A stretch of 64,000 nucleotides of DNA from Sphyrna mokarran. Taxonomy: Eukaryota. Positions 47,995-61,189 of the stretch are shown here, one piece after another. The notes beneath the pieces are model-generated. The model was given only the letters and a program-made list of their open reading frames with translations, made no database searches and had not been told where the DNA came from. The stretch spans positions 16,926,001 to 16,990,000 of the forward strand of contig JAGIQG010000018.1 in assembly GCA_024679065.1 (NCBI GenBank), given 5' to 3'. The position numbers and the translations under genes were made by a program. The first letter of the stretch is position 1, and each line of letters starts with the position of its first letter.

Positions 47995-48819
47995 ACCATA
48001 TTATTCAGTCAAAGTCTGTTTATTTTGTACCTAACCTAGGAATGACTGTGAGTCATGTTACCAAAAGAGTGTCTTAACACACTTAGAACTTGTGCCTCTG
48101 CCTTAGGTTGTTTTGCTATTTTAAGGAACTGTATTATACAAGTTGTTCCTATGCCAATTCAAGCAAGGCATTGACCTTAGTGTAAATTGCTGTTGTAAAT
48201 AAATTGCATTGATCTATGGATAAGCATTTGGAGTAATTAATAATTTCAAAATAACAAAAATTGGCAGAACAAGCCCTCTAATGTGTAACTAACCAAATGC
48301 CTCTTTTGTTCTGCCCCATCCACAACTAGTAAATAACTTCTTTGACTCACTGACACTTGAATGGACTGACACCAAGTACAGTATGTGTTGATCATTGTTA
48401 AGTGAATTGGCTGTTCCCCAATGGCTGGACCAGTTAAAGTATCAGTATGCGGGCCAGGAAGATCCAAGGGCAAACCACTATCTGTGTTGAGGTAGCTGAC
48501 CTCAGCTGGTCAGTGTTGAGAAGAGCTCTGATATAGATGGTGCACTCCTAATGGCTATCTAACACCTCCTGTAAACACATGCTGCCTGTTGAGGGCAGGG
48601 TCAGAACCTTGCAAAATTCTTGACACTGACTGCTTCTTTTGTATATAAAAGGGGGGTTAGGCAAGAGAGAGAAAATTGATGAAAGATAGTGAGCATAAAA
48701 GAAAATGTGGAATATTGTTTATAGTTTAATTCCTCTCTGCACAACGTATGGTTTCCCTATCTGTTACTCACAGCTACCTCTGACATGGCCCAAATTTCCA
48801 TCCTTAACACTGTTTAGCA

Positions 48820-49220
48820 GACTAGCTTTAGCTTAGTGATTCGAACTGACTCTGAAAGTTATGGGATCAAATCCTACTCCAACTTCTAGATCTTCAGTAT
48901 AAGGGAGACTGCACTGTCAAGAGGGCTATCTTTCAAATGAGAAGCTAACTAAGGCAATGACTGTCCACCTTGAATTGCAATGGGTTGCATGGTGCTACTT
49001 GAAGAGCCAGAGAATTTTGGCCTGTCTTTACCTCAGACCCAAAGTTATCAAAAAAAATCAAGTTATTTATTTTATTGCTGTTTGCAGAAGCTTACTATGT
49101 GCAAATCAGTTGTTGAGTTTCCTGCATTGCAACAGTGACTGCATTTCAAAGTATTCATTAGCTGTAAAATGCTTTGTGACATTTCAAGATAGTAAGAGAG
49201 TGCTGTATAAAATGCATGTT
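48820..49220 (+). mobile_element. Deu-domain SINE
   Basis: gggagactgcactgtc...tctttcaaatgaga...cattgcaacagtgact...attagctgtaaaatgctttg...tataaatgca. Confidence 0.7.
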
Positions 49221-51252
49221 CGTTCCTTCTTTCAGGTTGAGTTTATCACTTGTCATTTACTAGATTCATTTTATTATTTAGAAGTCTCAGTGGCTGGTAG
49301 TGTTTTGAGCTGTAAATGTGTTTCTTTCATTTCTTTTCTCTTCTTTCTTTTGTTGAAGGCGGTTGCCTTTTTATCTTCTTGGCCAGAAACGCTTGCTGTG
49401 GGGAAACAGAGAAAAAGAAAGCATGGCAAACAAATTAAAATAACCACCCACAGAAGCCTCTAGAAAGATAATTTCGCAGCCTAAAATTTTAAACAGACTT
49501 TTTTTCTACGTCTCTTACAATACTAACATGAAAAGAAACACAGAACAAAACTGGTAAAATAGTAATAAAAAAGTAACCTAGAATAACAGCACACTTTATA
49601 TCACAAGTTTGGTGATTTAAAGAGCGGCACTAGAGAGAAAGAAAGTGAAACTTTATGGGGGAGAGCACTGACTTGCAGTAACTACACAAAAGGAAAAGAG
49701 ATGTAAAATTCCTGCTTTGCTCAGTTTTGCTCTTGGATGCCCAATTTCCCGCTGGACTGTCAGGCCATTAATCCTGACACAAGACATGATTACGTTTTCC
49801 CTCCAAAACCTCCCAGCTGTTGCCTAGGAGCAGCTGCTCCCCTCTGGAATTAATTCCAGCTGTCGGGAGTCTTAAGTGCTAAGCATAACATTACGAATAT
49901 AGCCGTGTGGTTTTTAGTTTATATTGCATTTTTTTGTCCATGTTATTCCCCCCTCCCTCCCCCACCTCCACCCACCCCAAACCCCCCCACAAGTAATTGG
50001 CTGACCAGGGCTGGTCTTGCTTTTTCTAACAAATCTCTGGTCATGTTTAATTTATTTGTCTTTAAAAAAGCTAATATACTTGAAGCAAATGTGGCCTGTG
50101 TTGCTTTCAAAGTTGTACTCATTGGTCATTAATTAATCTATTCAACCAAAGCAAGATTATTACACAATTCATGCATTGATCCAAGGTATCTTATACTCAC
50201 TGTAACCTGTGATTGTAATGGCCATGGAAGGTCAGTCCTCAAGGGGTTAAGTCTATCTTTTAACGCTTGAAGCACTTGATGTAGTTCACTTCTTTCAAAG
50301 TGAACAATCGATTGTAAAAAATTATATTCTTTTGATTTCATTTTAACTCCTGCCCTCCCTTAAAGATGCTGAATGTTATTAGGATGCAGTTCCTGATCAA
50401 CAACAGCCTTCTGTATCTTGCTGAAAGGCACGGCTGCGTACAACTGGACTAATTTCAATACGGGTTTAAATCCCACCTTGACAATTTTGAGCACTGGAAT
50501 TTGAATCCACTTCAAAGAATCTGGAAATTGTAAAAACTGTTATCAGGAAGAATGATAATGAAGCTGTCAAATTCAAATACAAACTCAACTGCGTGTATTT
50601 GTAGGACAAAGAGAGATTAGTACATGGGCATGGAGTCCAAGTACCAAACTGAACTGGTTAATGACTTGTATAATACATGCGGAAATGTCCACAAGAAGCT
50701 GCTACAATCACTCTTTCCCCTTAATGAAGAACTTTGCCCAATCTTCAAAATTCCACAGAACTTGCACAAATTTCTTGTTCATTTATTTGCACACTCAATT
50801 TAATCACTGGGCTCCTATTCCTAAGAGGACATCTCCTTTCTTGGCCCAACTTTGGGAAATACCATCACCCCTTCTGAAAAGTTTTTCCAACAAAGACTGA
50901 TTTTTAACCTTGATCTTCAGTTCCACTTACCACTTCATCAGAAATGTCTATCTGACGCTAACTCTGATATGAACTGGTTTCAGACACAACTTGTTTTTGA
51001 GTAACTATATGTATCCCAACTATGTAAACCATCAGACATATTTCATTCTTCCCAAATTCCTTCTTTGTGACTCTCTAAAAATAAACCATCATCTAAATGT
51101 ACACACCTGATATTTCCACTATGAAAAACATTGGCCAAATATTTTTGAGGAGCACCCATTTTCACAACTCTTCCAGCAGACAGTTCAATCACTTAATATA
51201 ATGACCTTTCACTTTTTGATTGAACTTAAGACATCTTTCTCTCACTCCACTC

Positions 51253-52422
51253 CTTTAGTAAGGACTTTAGTAAGGCTTTTGATAAGGTGGCCCATGGAAG
51301 ACTTCTACAGAAAATGCAGATGTGTGGAATAGAGGGTGATTTAGCTAATTGGATTAGGAATTGGCTGGCAGATAGAAGACAGAGGGTGGTGGTTGATGGG
51401 AGATATTCATCGTGGAGTTCGGTGACGAGTGGTGTGCCTCAGGGGTCTGTTTTGGGGCCCCTGCTGTTTGTAATTTTTATAAATGATCTGGATGAGGGTA
51501 TTGAGGGATGGATCAGTAAATTTGCAGATGATACTAAAGTTGGTGGTGTGGTAGATAGTGAAGAGGGGTGTTTTAGTTTACAGAGTGACTTGGACAAGTT
51601 GCAGAGCTGGGCCGAGAGGTGGCAAATGGAGTTTAATGTGGAAAGTGTGAGGTAATGCACTTTGGCAGGAACAATAAATGTGTAGAGTATAGGGCTAATG
51701 GTAGGGCTCTTAATAGTGTTGAGGAACAGAAGGATCTTGGTGTATGTGTCAATAGATCCCTGAAAGTAGGCAGTCAAGTGGATAAAGTTGTTAAGAAGGC
51801 ATATGGAGTCTTAGCTTTTATTGGTAGGGGGATTGAATTTAGGAGCCGCAGCATCATGTTGCAACTGTACAAAACTCTAGTGCGGCCGCACTTGGAGTAT
51901 TGTGTGCAGTTCTGGTCGCCACATTATAAGAAAGATGTGGAGGCATTGGAGAGGGTACAGAGGAGGTTTACTAGGATGTTGCCTGGTATGGAGGGCAGGT
52001 CCTATGAAGAGAGGTTGAAGGATTTGAGGTTGTTTTCGTTAGAAAGGAGGCGGCTAAGGGGGGATCTTATTGAAACATATAAGATGATTAGAGGTTTGGA
52101 TAGGGTGGACAGTGATAGCCTTTTTCCTAGGATGGAAAAAGCTAGCACGAGGGGACACAACTTTAAATTAAGGGGTATGAGTTATAGGACGGATATCAGA
52201 GGTAGGTTCTTTACTCAAAGAGTGATTAGGGAGTGGAATGCCCTGCCTGCAGCTGTTGTAGATGCGCCAAGTTTGGTGGCGTTTAAGAGGTTAGTTGATA
52301 AGTATATGGATGAGAAGGGAATGGTTTAGTTAGGAGGGGCATTGCTTTTTATTTTGGTCGGCACAACATCGAAGGCCGAAGGGCCTGTTCTGTGCTGTAT
52401 TGTTCTATGTTCTATGTTCTAT
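51253..52422 (+). mobile_element. Young 5'-truncated CR1/HER1-like LINE, one frameshift
   Basis: DFSKAFDKV...[22 protein letters not shown]...KFADDTK (ORF 51287-51655) continues as MHFGR...RPHLEYCVQFWSP...FFTQRV..WNALP (51655-52329); tail (tgttcta)x3. Confidence 0.96.
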
Positions 52423-54109
52423 CATAATCCACTTTCTGCCTGCGTTGTTTGTCTTCTACTGACTGTGCTAAATGTGATTTCAACAACGCAAACCTCATTC
52501 TACTCTGTCTTCTGAGAAACAATTCAGGCAATGTTCTGCCAATATAGTATGAAGTGCCGATACACTATGAGGTGCAGTACAATAAATAAGCAAAAAAACT
52601 TGCCAGATTTGTGGTTCAATGGCAATTGACATTTCTTCAATTTTTATCTATCATTTGCTTAACAAGGGCACCATTAAAAATGTGTACTGTGTGCATTGTG
52701 ATAATAGGATGGAACTCTAGTGTGTTTTACCTTGTTTGTTTTCATGAATTTTACAAACTTTTTTGAACAAAACTATTATCAGACACAGTTTCCTCTGTGA
52801 ATATAACGAACTATCTAGAGTTTTGTTAATTGTTGTTTGATTTATTGGGACCTCCCCTTAACCTACTTTGAATGGCTATCTATCATGGCGACTAGTTGTT
52901 GAAGGGCTATAACCCATCAAATTCTTCAAGATTTATCTGCAGCCACTGCCACACTGTAGCTGGCCATTTTTATGTTTGCAAGGATACCAGTGATAGCCTC
53001 TTTTCTACCACTTGACACACTATCCACCGTTCCCTCTGTCTTCTATGTCCAATTCTAACCCTGGCCACCAAAGAAAATTTTGGCATTTTGTCAAGCCCAT
53101 CCCTGAGTTTTGATCACAAAGATTTCATAACATCTGCGGTGTGTACTTTACAGGAATTACAACCTTGGTTTGCCTACAAAACACAATCTTTATCAATTGA
53201 CAACTCATTCTTATGTTATGCCTTAAAAATGGGCCTGATTTCTAAACCTAGTACCTAGTCGGCCGCCCATTTGTGATTTAGCCATAAATTTTGCTAAAAT
53301 ACAGACTGCTCACAGGTTGTTCTATCAACGTCACTTAGAACGTTGATAGAACGTTCTAAGTTAGAACATAGTTGTGACTGCAACTCATCTACATGTGGAA
53401 ACAAAAATGCATTTTTTCTTTTTTGAGCATTACCTTGGTTCAGGTTGGTAATCTAGACAACACATTGGAATTGTGATAACTCTGTATTTAAATGTTGGAA
53501 AGGAGCTTGAGAGGTAGATGCTGCAGGAAAACTATTCATAACTCATCCTTTCTTCGGAAGTATTGTGATTGATACTCATCAACAGAGCTTTTTATGAATG
53601 GAGAGCAGCTGATGAATAAATATGGATGATGCCCTCAATTGAGAAGAATTTGCATCTTTCTTGTAATAGAATTCATACAATTGGAGCAACTATGGAAATT
53701 TAAGAACTTTAAAAACTACAGTATTAAAAAAGTGTATTGTCCAATCCTACAGTGAAAATTCTGCCCAAGGTCCTGATCGGTGCTGTGTTCCCATTAACCT
53801 GTAAGTCTGATATATCCAGCTGGATGTCGAGATTCAGCACACATAGGCACCTGCCACTTTAAGTGAACCTTCTCCACCTAGGAAGACAGAAATATTCACA
53901 GTGTAGCTTATGGTTTGTGAAAGTTTTAGATGACATTGCCTCATGCCTGCTTCAGTCTTGAATGAATATCATTGACAGTTAGAATCATAGAAGTTTACAG
54001 CATGGAAACAGGCCCTTTGGCCCAACTTTTCCATGCCACCTGGTTTTTATGTTTGTGAGAAACATGAAAAGGAACTATAAAAACTTCTAAAGGAAGGGAA
54101 CTTAAAAAA

Positions 54110-55340
54110 AAGGATTATCAAAAAAAAATGTGGATCCATTACAAGCCGAACTAGGAACATTTGTAATGAGGGAAATGGAAATAGTAGAGAAACTAAACAA
54201 ATACCTTCTGTCTTCACAAAGATACTAAAAACCTCCCAGCAATAATGGAAAATAAAGGGACTAGTGTAATTGAGGAACTGCAAGATATTAATATGAATTT
54301 AAAGAAGTACCAGAGAAATTAATGGGGCTTAAATTAGATAAAGACCCTGGATTTGATCATCCCAGAATGTTAGAAGAGATGTCTTTTTGACTTGACTTAT
54401 TATTGACACATGTATTGGTATACAGTGAAAAGTATTGTTTCTTATACACTATACAGACAAAGCATATAGCTCATAAAGAGGGAAAGGAGAGGTGCAGAAT
54501 ATACTGTTACATTCATATCTAGAAAGTAGACAAAGATAAACTTAATATCAGAAGGTCCATTCAAAAATTTGTTGGCAGCAGGAAAAAGCTGTTCTTGAAT
54601 TGGTTGGTACATGTTCTCAGATTTTTGAATCTTTTCCCAATGGAAGAAGACGGAAGAGAGTATGTGTGAGGTCCATGCGGTCCTTGATTATGCTGACTAC
54701 TTTTCTGAGGCAGCAGGAAATGTCGACAGAGTCAATGGATAGGAAGCTATTTGCATAATAAACTGGGCTACATTCACAAGCCTTTGTAGTCTTTTCGGTT
54801 TTGGTCAGAGCAGGAGCAATACCAAGCTCTGTTACATCCAGAAAGGACGCTTTCTATGGTGCATCTATAAAAATTGGTGAGAGCCATAGCAGACACGCTG
54901 AATTTCCTTGACCTCCTGAGAAAGTAGAAGCATTGGTAGGCTTTCTTAACTATAACGTCATTGTGGAGGGATCAGGATAGGTTATTGGTGATCTGGATAC
55001 TTAAAAACTAGAAACTTACATCCCAATTGGTGTAGACAGTGACATGTCCTCCACAACACTTCATGAAGTTGATGACTATCTCCGTTGATTTACTGACATT
55101 GAATGAGAGATTATTGTTGTTGCATTAATTCACCAATTCACTATCTCTTTCTTTAGAATCTGTTAAGATAGTAGCTGCATTGGTGGTCATCTTTCAGAAA
55201 TCTGTAGATTCTTGTAGAGCCCCTGGAGATTGCAAGATGGCAAATGTAACTCCACTATTTAAGAAAGGAGAAGAAAGCAGGAACTACAGACTTGTTAGCC
55301 TAACATCAACAGTAGGGAAAATTCTGAATTCAATTAAAGT
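54110..55340 (+). mobile_element. CR1 fragment split by a nested minus-strand LINE
   Basis: KLDKDPG..HPRMLEEM at about 54330-54380 resumes at about 55168 as IVAALVVIFQKSVDS...ANVTPLFKKG...NYRLVSLTS. Confidence 0.75.
54385..55155 (-). mobile_element. LINE 3' part (L2/Rex-Babar-like)
   Basis: Tail cttgacttgacttattattg; minus strand reads HFLRR..KFS.S..AL.NFYRCTIESVLSGC-like and FLSIQITNNLS. Confidence 0.7.
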
Positions 55341-55344
55341 GGGC

Positions 55345-55625
55345 GCTGGAGACTTTGGATTAAAAATTGCCTTGGGTGACTGTCCATGTTGCGTGTTCTC
55401 CCCATATCTGTTTGCGTTTCCTCTCACAGCCCAAAGATGGGCAGGTTAGGTGGATTGACCATGGTGAAAAAAAATGCCCATTAGTGTCCCAAGATGTATA
55501 GGTTAGGTGGATTTGCCATGGTAAATGTGTGATGTTATGGTAGGGCGGAGGAGAAGGCCTGGGTAAGAGAGTCAGTGCAGACTTGATGGGCCGAATAGTT
55601 TCCTTCTGCACTGTAGAGATTCTGT
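55345..55625 (+). mobile_element. HE1-type SINE
   Basis: ccttgggtgactgtc, ggttaggtggattg (twice), tail gatgggccgaatag...ttctgcactgtagagattct. Confidence 0.8.
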
Positions 55626-55627
55626 GC

Positions 55628-56560
55628 TTCAACAGTGGCATATGATCAGTTTCAATTGTGAAACTATGACCGTACACGTATTTATGCAATCCTCTCACAA
55701 AACTTTATGCTCAATCAGAGCAGAATTTCACTCACTGGAGTGAACAACATCGCATGCTAGCTTTGTCTTTTTGTTCACATTCTGGTGCCCGACTTAAGTT
55801 TGCCTTATTATCCCCACATATTCTTGCAACTAATTCTTGCATTTTGGTTCTACCACAATGGAAGTAGCCCAATTAATCTATCCTACTTTTGTAATAATGT
55901 TCTCAGTCTCAAGTGTTTTCCATTCTAGCTCTGCTTTTTCTGCATGAGAACCCTGGACAAGGCCTGCAGTAAACTAGTCCTGCATTCCTCCAAATCTGTA
56001 CATTGTCCTTATACTCTTGATTCTGTTTGCCCAATTTCACTAACACTTGAGGGTACTTGGCAATCACATTATCTTGCAATGTGAATTTTGCTTCTATACG
56101 AAACACATCATTTCAAATTAGCTTAAATGCTGTTAACCAATTTCCTTACAACAAGACTGGTTTCCCACTCTTCACCACAATGTTGGGCAATTTTGCACGT
56201 TGCTCTTTGTATTTGACTGGAACTGGCTTACTTCCCGGATGGGAACTTTGTCTTCTCCATAACCTCTAGGTGTGATTTCTCTAGCTAATGTTGACTCAGC
56301 ATTGTAAGACATGGAGATTCAGAATCATACTAACCGACCTACTGCACTGACCTCCATGTTTACTGGATCTCCATCCACAGGCTACACTGCCCTGCAAATA
56401 TCCTGCAGATTTTCATTGGACATCTTTGTGCTTTGAATTGTTTGGGTCTCAATGGACCACTCATTGACCTGGTGTTGTTTCACAACCCTATACAATGACT
56501 GCTGCACCTGTAGCATTCAGCCTTCACAAATGGACAATTCTGTGCCCAATCTTGACCTAA
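55628..56560 (-). mobile_element. Gypsy pol relic (RT/RNase H)
   Basis: ORF start RGLHKYVYGHSFTIETDHMPLL matches the RNase H motif FHQYVYG..F..ETDHKPL. The upstream extent is approximate. Confidence 0.6.
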
Positions 56561-57849
56561 ACACCGGTAAAAAGACCTTGTAGCCCTTTTTCCAGCTGTC
56601 TTCATTGAGGCTTTCTGCTTGTTCAGCTGCAACTTATTTACTTTAGCAGACGACTAACTTCTTTCAAGTCATGTTCCGGTATGTGCATGGACAGACAAAT
56701 GCCGTTTGATAAGCTGTGTCAAAAGTTAACTTTGGCAATGTCAGTAACTGACTGCAAATGTGTTTAATTTTTAAACAACATACAAATCTGCCTGACAATG
56801 CTCTTTCTCGACATTCTCCAAAATTACAATAAACATACAGCTTTTCCAAAGCCACAAGAAACTCACCAATGTCCTCAATGGAGCAATTGATTTCTTATTC
56901 CAAACTGATGACTTTCTGCAATCTCCATTGACCTGGGACTGTAGTGCTGCGTAAATTTGCATGAAGTGTCTGACACCAGTATGTCTTTTCTTTTATTAGG
57001 GGCAAGCAAAATCGTGCTTTCATACACTTTTAGGCCTGCTGCTGTCAAAAATATAACTTTTTTCTTTTCCCCCACTGTCTGATTATCAGCTGGATTATCA
57101 GGATATTGAGGATATTATTACCTCTGAAAAACATTTCAGAGCTGGTACACATACTATTGATTATGGCTTTTACTCCCAGATGCCTACTACAGCCTGATGA
57201 CGCAGCATCTTTAAAGGTCAATCCATTAATGTATTGAAACCACCTTTTCTCCAAGACTGGATTTTTGAGCCACTTTTTCAGCAAACAGACCTCTCAGTTC
57301 CTCTGTCAATTTGCCAGAGACTGCTCAAACCAGATTTGTTCAGCTGGGGAAATCCATAATCCAACCTACTTACCAGGCTGTGATATCTCTGCAGGGCAAA
57401 AAGAGACAGGTTCATGCACATAGAGCTCAATTACCCAACCAAACTGGTTTATTCTAGTTTGACATGTATGTACATGCTAATATATTATCCTGGACTGTTC
57501 TTGCTGTAATGTGAGTCTAGTTTCACACCAACATGGTTAGCTGCTAGCAACCTTCTGAAGAGAGCTAGTAAGACACTCAATTGTCTTAAGCCTACTTCAT
57601 TACAATTGTCTAAGGGCACTGGGGATGGACAATGAATTGCCAGCCTTGCCAGTGAGAACAAAGACCATTCTTTACTTACAGCTGAGATTTTTGAAGTAGA
57701 ACAGTAATAATGGCTCAGTAATACTACAGGCATCATCTCTGGTGTAGGTTCTATGAAGTCTGAAATTCAGACTAGACTTTTAGCTGGTCAATGTCATTAC
57801 TTAAAAAAAGCATAAACATTTAGAATTGTTTATCAACTAGATGAACAGA

Positions 57850-58195
57850 GGCAAGGTGATGAGGGGGATAGATAGAGTGGATGTACAGAGACTATTTCCT
57901 TGGATGGATGAGGAACTGTTACTAGGGGGCATAACTATGAGGTTCATGGTGGGAAATATAGGAGGGATGTCCGAGGCAGATTCTTTACTCAGAGAGTGAT
58001 TGGAGTGTGAAATGCACTGCCTGCTGTGATAGTGGAGTTGGACACTTTAGGAACTTACAAGCGGTTATTGGATAGGCACATAGAGCACACCAGAATGATA
58101 GGGAGTGGGATAGCTTGATCTTGGATTTGGACATAGCTCGGCACAACATTGAGGGCCGAAGGGCCTATAATATACTGTACTGTTCTATGTTCTTT
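57850..58195 (+). mobile_element. CR1/HER1-like 3' end
   Basis: RGIDRVD..RLFP, TRGH, FFTQRVIG; tail gagggccgaagggcct...tgttctatgttct. Confidence 0.85.
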
Positions 58196-58618
58196 GTATC
58201 AGGATTCACCTCGGCTGAGGGGAACTGGAGTTTTCTCGATCAGCTAGCAGAGGAGTTTAACTGAATTCTTACTTGCCGCTAATCTGGGGCTCTTGAAGAA
58301 CATCTGATATTATGGCAGTTGAATGGACAAACTTGTCCACTTCACCCTCACCCCCACTAGGAAATTCTTGGCAAGAGCCAGGAGCATGGGATCTCGATGA
58401 TGCCATTCAGTTCCTTGGGCCTAGTTCGACATTTAATCAGATCGTGCCTGATCTTAACTCCATCTATCTGACCCAGCCCTGTAATTCTTTAATACCCTTT
58501 CTGAGCAAAAATCTACCAGTCTCAATTTAGAAGTTCCCTACTGAACTCCAGCTTTTTTGAAGAATATTGAAGCTTTCTGTTATCCTTTGTGTGAAGTGCG
58601 ACTTGACGTCAACCTAAT

Positions 58619-60310
58619 TAAAAGCAAATTACTGCAGATGCCTGAATCTGAAACCAAAAGAAAAAAGGCTCGAAAATCTGGCAGCATCTGTAAACAGAGA
58701 AAAGAGCTGTTGTTTCGAGTCCAAACGACCCTTTGTCAAAGCTGAAAGGTATAGAAAATGGAAGATATTTATACTGTAGGAGGAAGAAATGAAAGATGAA
58801 TTATAGCCACAGAAACCAGGGTAAAAGACTGCGAACGGTTGTGTCCACAGAGAGAATAAAGAGTGTGAATGTCCAAATGGCAAAGAAGCTAAAATGAAGA
58901 TGTTGGTGGAGAGGCTGGGGGGAGGAAAATAGATGGGATAGAGGTGAGATTTAGAAAAGGAGAAGCAAAAGGGGAGAAAAGATAAGGGGAGGGAGATAAA
59001 ATAGGGGGAGAGAGGGTTGTGGAAGAAAAATAAAATAAGACAATAAAGAAATAAAAGATAGAGAAAAGTAAAACATTAAATAGAACAGAATGAATACAAA
59101 GGTGTCAAGGTGGGATAGGGCTAAAATCATCCAAAGTTGTTAAATTTGATGCTGAGACTGGAAGGCTGTAAAGTGCCGAGCCGGAAGATGAAATGCTGTT
59201 CCTCCAGTTTGCGCTGAGCTTCACTGGAATATTGCGGCAAGCCAAGCAAGATATGTGGGATGGGAGCTGGATCGTGTATTGAAATGGCATGTGGGGTATA
59301 ATGGAGGAGTGGATTAGGTTATCCCAGAGGGAATGGTCTCTGCGGAATGCTGACAGAGGGAATGAAAGGAAGATGTGTTTGGTGTGGCATCATGCTGGAG
59401 ATGGTGAAAATGGCAGAGGATTGTGCTTTGCATGCAGAGGCTGGACGGATAACATGTGAGAACAAGAGGGACTCTATCCTTGCTCTGGGAAGGAGGGCAG
59501 GAGTGAGGGTCGTGGCGCACAGTAGATGGGAATCCATGGTTGAGGAAAAAGGAGCACATATTACAGCATCTAATCCTTTCCTCCACTAAACCCAACACTT
59601 CTCCTGTCACCCATAGCACCTTCCCATATAATCACAGAAGGTGTCACATCTGTCCCTTTACCTGTTCCATGCTCACCATCCAATGTCCAAAACACTCATT
59701 CCAGGTTAAGCAGCTATTCACTTGCACCTCTTTTCTATTTGGTGTCATTCGCTGCTGCCAATGTGGTCTCCCTTATAACAGAGAGACCAAGCGTAGACTG
59801 GGTTTTCACTTTGCTGAGCACCTTCAGTCTGTGCAGAGTCAGGACCCTGACCTTCCTGTCGCTTGCCATTTTAACACATGATCCTGCTCTCATGCCCACA
59901 TGTCTATCTTAGCCTGCTGCAACGTTCCAACAAAGCTCAACAGAAACTGAAGGGACAGCATCTCGTCTTCCAGCTAGGCACTTTACAGCCTTCGGTCTCA
60001 ACATTGAATTCAACAACTTCAGATGATTTGCTCTCCCCACCATGACTCCTTTGTTTTCATTCCAGTTTATTTTTTTTACTGTTAGCTATCTTTTACTTCT
60101 TTCTTTAATGTCTTTCTTCATTTTTCTTCTCCCCCCCCCCCACTCTTTACCCTTTCCCTTATCTTATCTCCCCTTTTGCTGCACCTTTTCTAAATCTCAC
60201 CTTTGTCCCATCCATTTCCACTCCGCCCCGCCCTGCCCCTGCCCCTGCCCCTGCCCCTTTCCCTTCCCCGCCCCTTCCCCTTCCCCGCCCCTCCCCCTTC
60301 CCCACTGTGA
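58619..60310. mobile_element. Penelope-like element (third family), inverted arrangement
   Basis: ORF 59540-59881 reads CHICP...FQVKQLFTCTS...IRCCQCGLPYNRETKRRLG..FAEHL..V...PVACHFN. Minus ORF 59314-59619 has GFPS...DRVPLVLT. About 59105-59290 is inverted to about 59870-60040, and the purine tract 58900-59100 mirrors the pyrimidine tract 60040-60200. Confidence 0.85.
60225..60305. repeat. C-rich microsatellite (CCCCTG/CCCTT)n
   Basis: ccctgcccctgcccctgcccctgcccctttcccttccccgccccttcccc. Confidence 0.85.
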
Positions 60311-60429
60311 ATTTTCCGTTTTTGAGGGAACACTAACAGAATCTAAAAGCTTGCCCTTGTCATTTTGCTTTTAGCCCCAATGTCAATCTGGTGAATTTGT
60401 GCTGCACTCCTTTCAGGGGCAATTGAGAA

Positions 60430-60720
60430 TATATTGGAATAGTGTGGGCTAGATGGACTTTAGATTGGTTTCACAGGTCGGTGCAACATTGAGAGCTGAA
60501 GGGCCTGTATTGCGCTGTAATGTTATGTGTTCTAAAGCATGCCACCGTGAAAGAGTTAATCATTGTAGAATGCCTACAGTGCAGAAGCAAGCCATTGGGC
60601 CCATCACGTCTGCACCAATCACAATCCCACCCAAGCCCTATTCCCATAACTCCACACATTTATCCTGCTAATCTCCCTGACGCTAGGATCAATTTAGCAT
60701 GGCTGATCCACCTAACCTCT
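60430..60720. mobile_element. HER1 tail (+, to about 60535) followed by HE1 SINE 3' part (-, 60565-60720)
   Basis: ggtcggtgcaacattgagagctgaagggcctg; agaatgcctacagtgcagaag...atccacctaacct. Confidence 0.75.
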
Positions 60721-61189
60721 GCAGCTTTAATCTTGCTGCAGAGATGAGCTTTAACACAGAGTCACAATAAGTGACAAGCCTTTCAAGACTTGGACAAGGA
60801 TATCTGTGAAGCTTCTTTGTCGGAATTACGCAGGTATTTGGATGAATGCACTATTTTTTTCTCCTTTATTAGAAAACAAAATGTAAATCAGCAATGCTTT
60901 TGGAATAACAGATTGCTGTAACTTTGTCATGAATCATAGCTTGATATAATGTACCCCCCGGGTTGGAAAGCACAATATTTTTTAAATGAAATGAATCATA
61001 TCTGACTCAGAAATGAAATAATTGCCAATAAATTCAAGCTCTGCTCCAAAATTGTAGCTCTGGCACTGCTGGACTAGTTACTGACTGTTTCTGCATGCAG
61101 ATTTATGGGTTAGGTGCATTTGCCCACTGGTGAGACAGAGTGGAGATCTGGCAAAGATTCAGGAACACTGTTGTTGTCTTTATTTAGAT

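Noticed and set aside
48957-49463. 168-aa ORF
   Set aside because: It runs through a Deu-domain SINE and a T-rich flank, with no protein similarity recognised.
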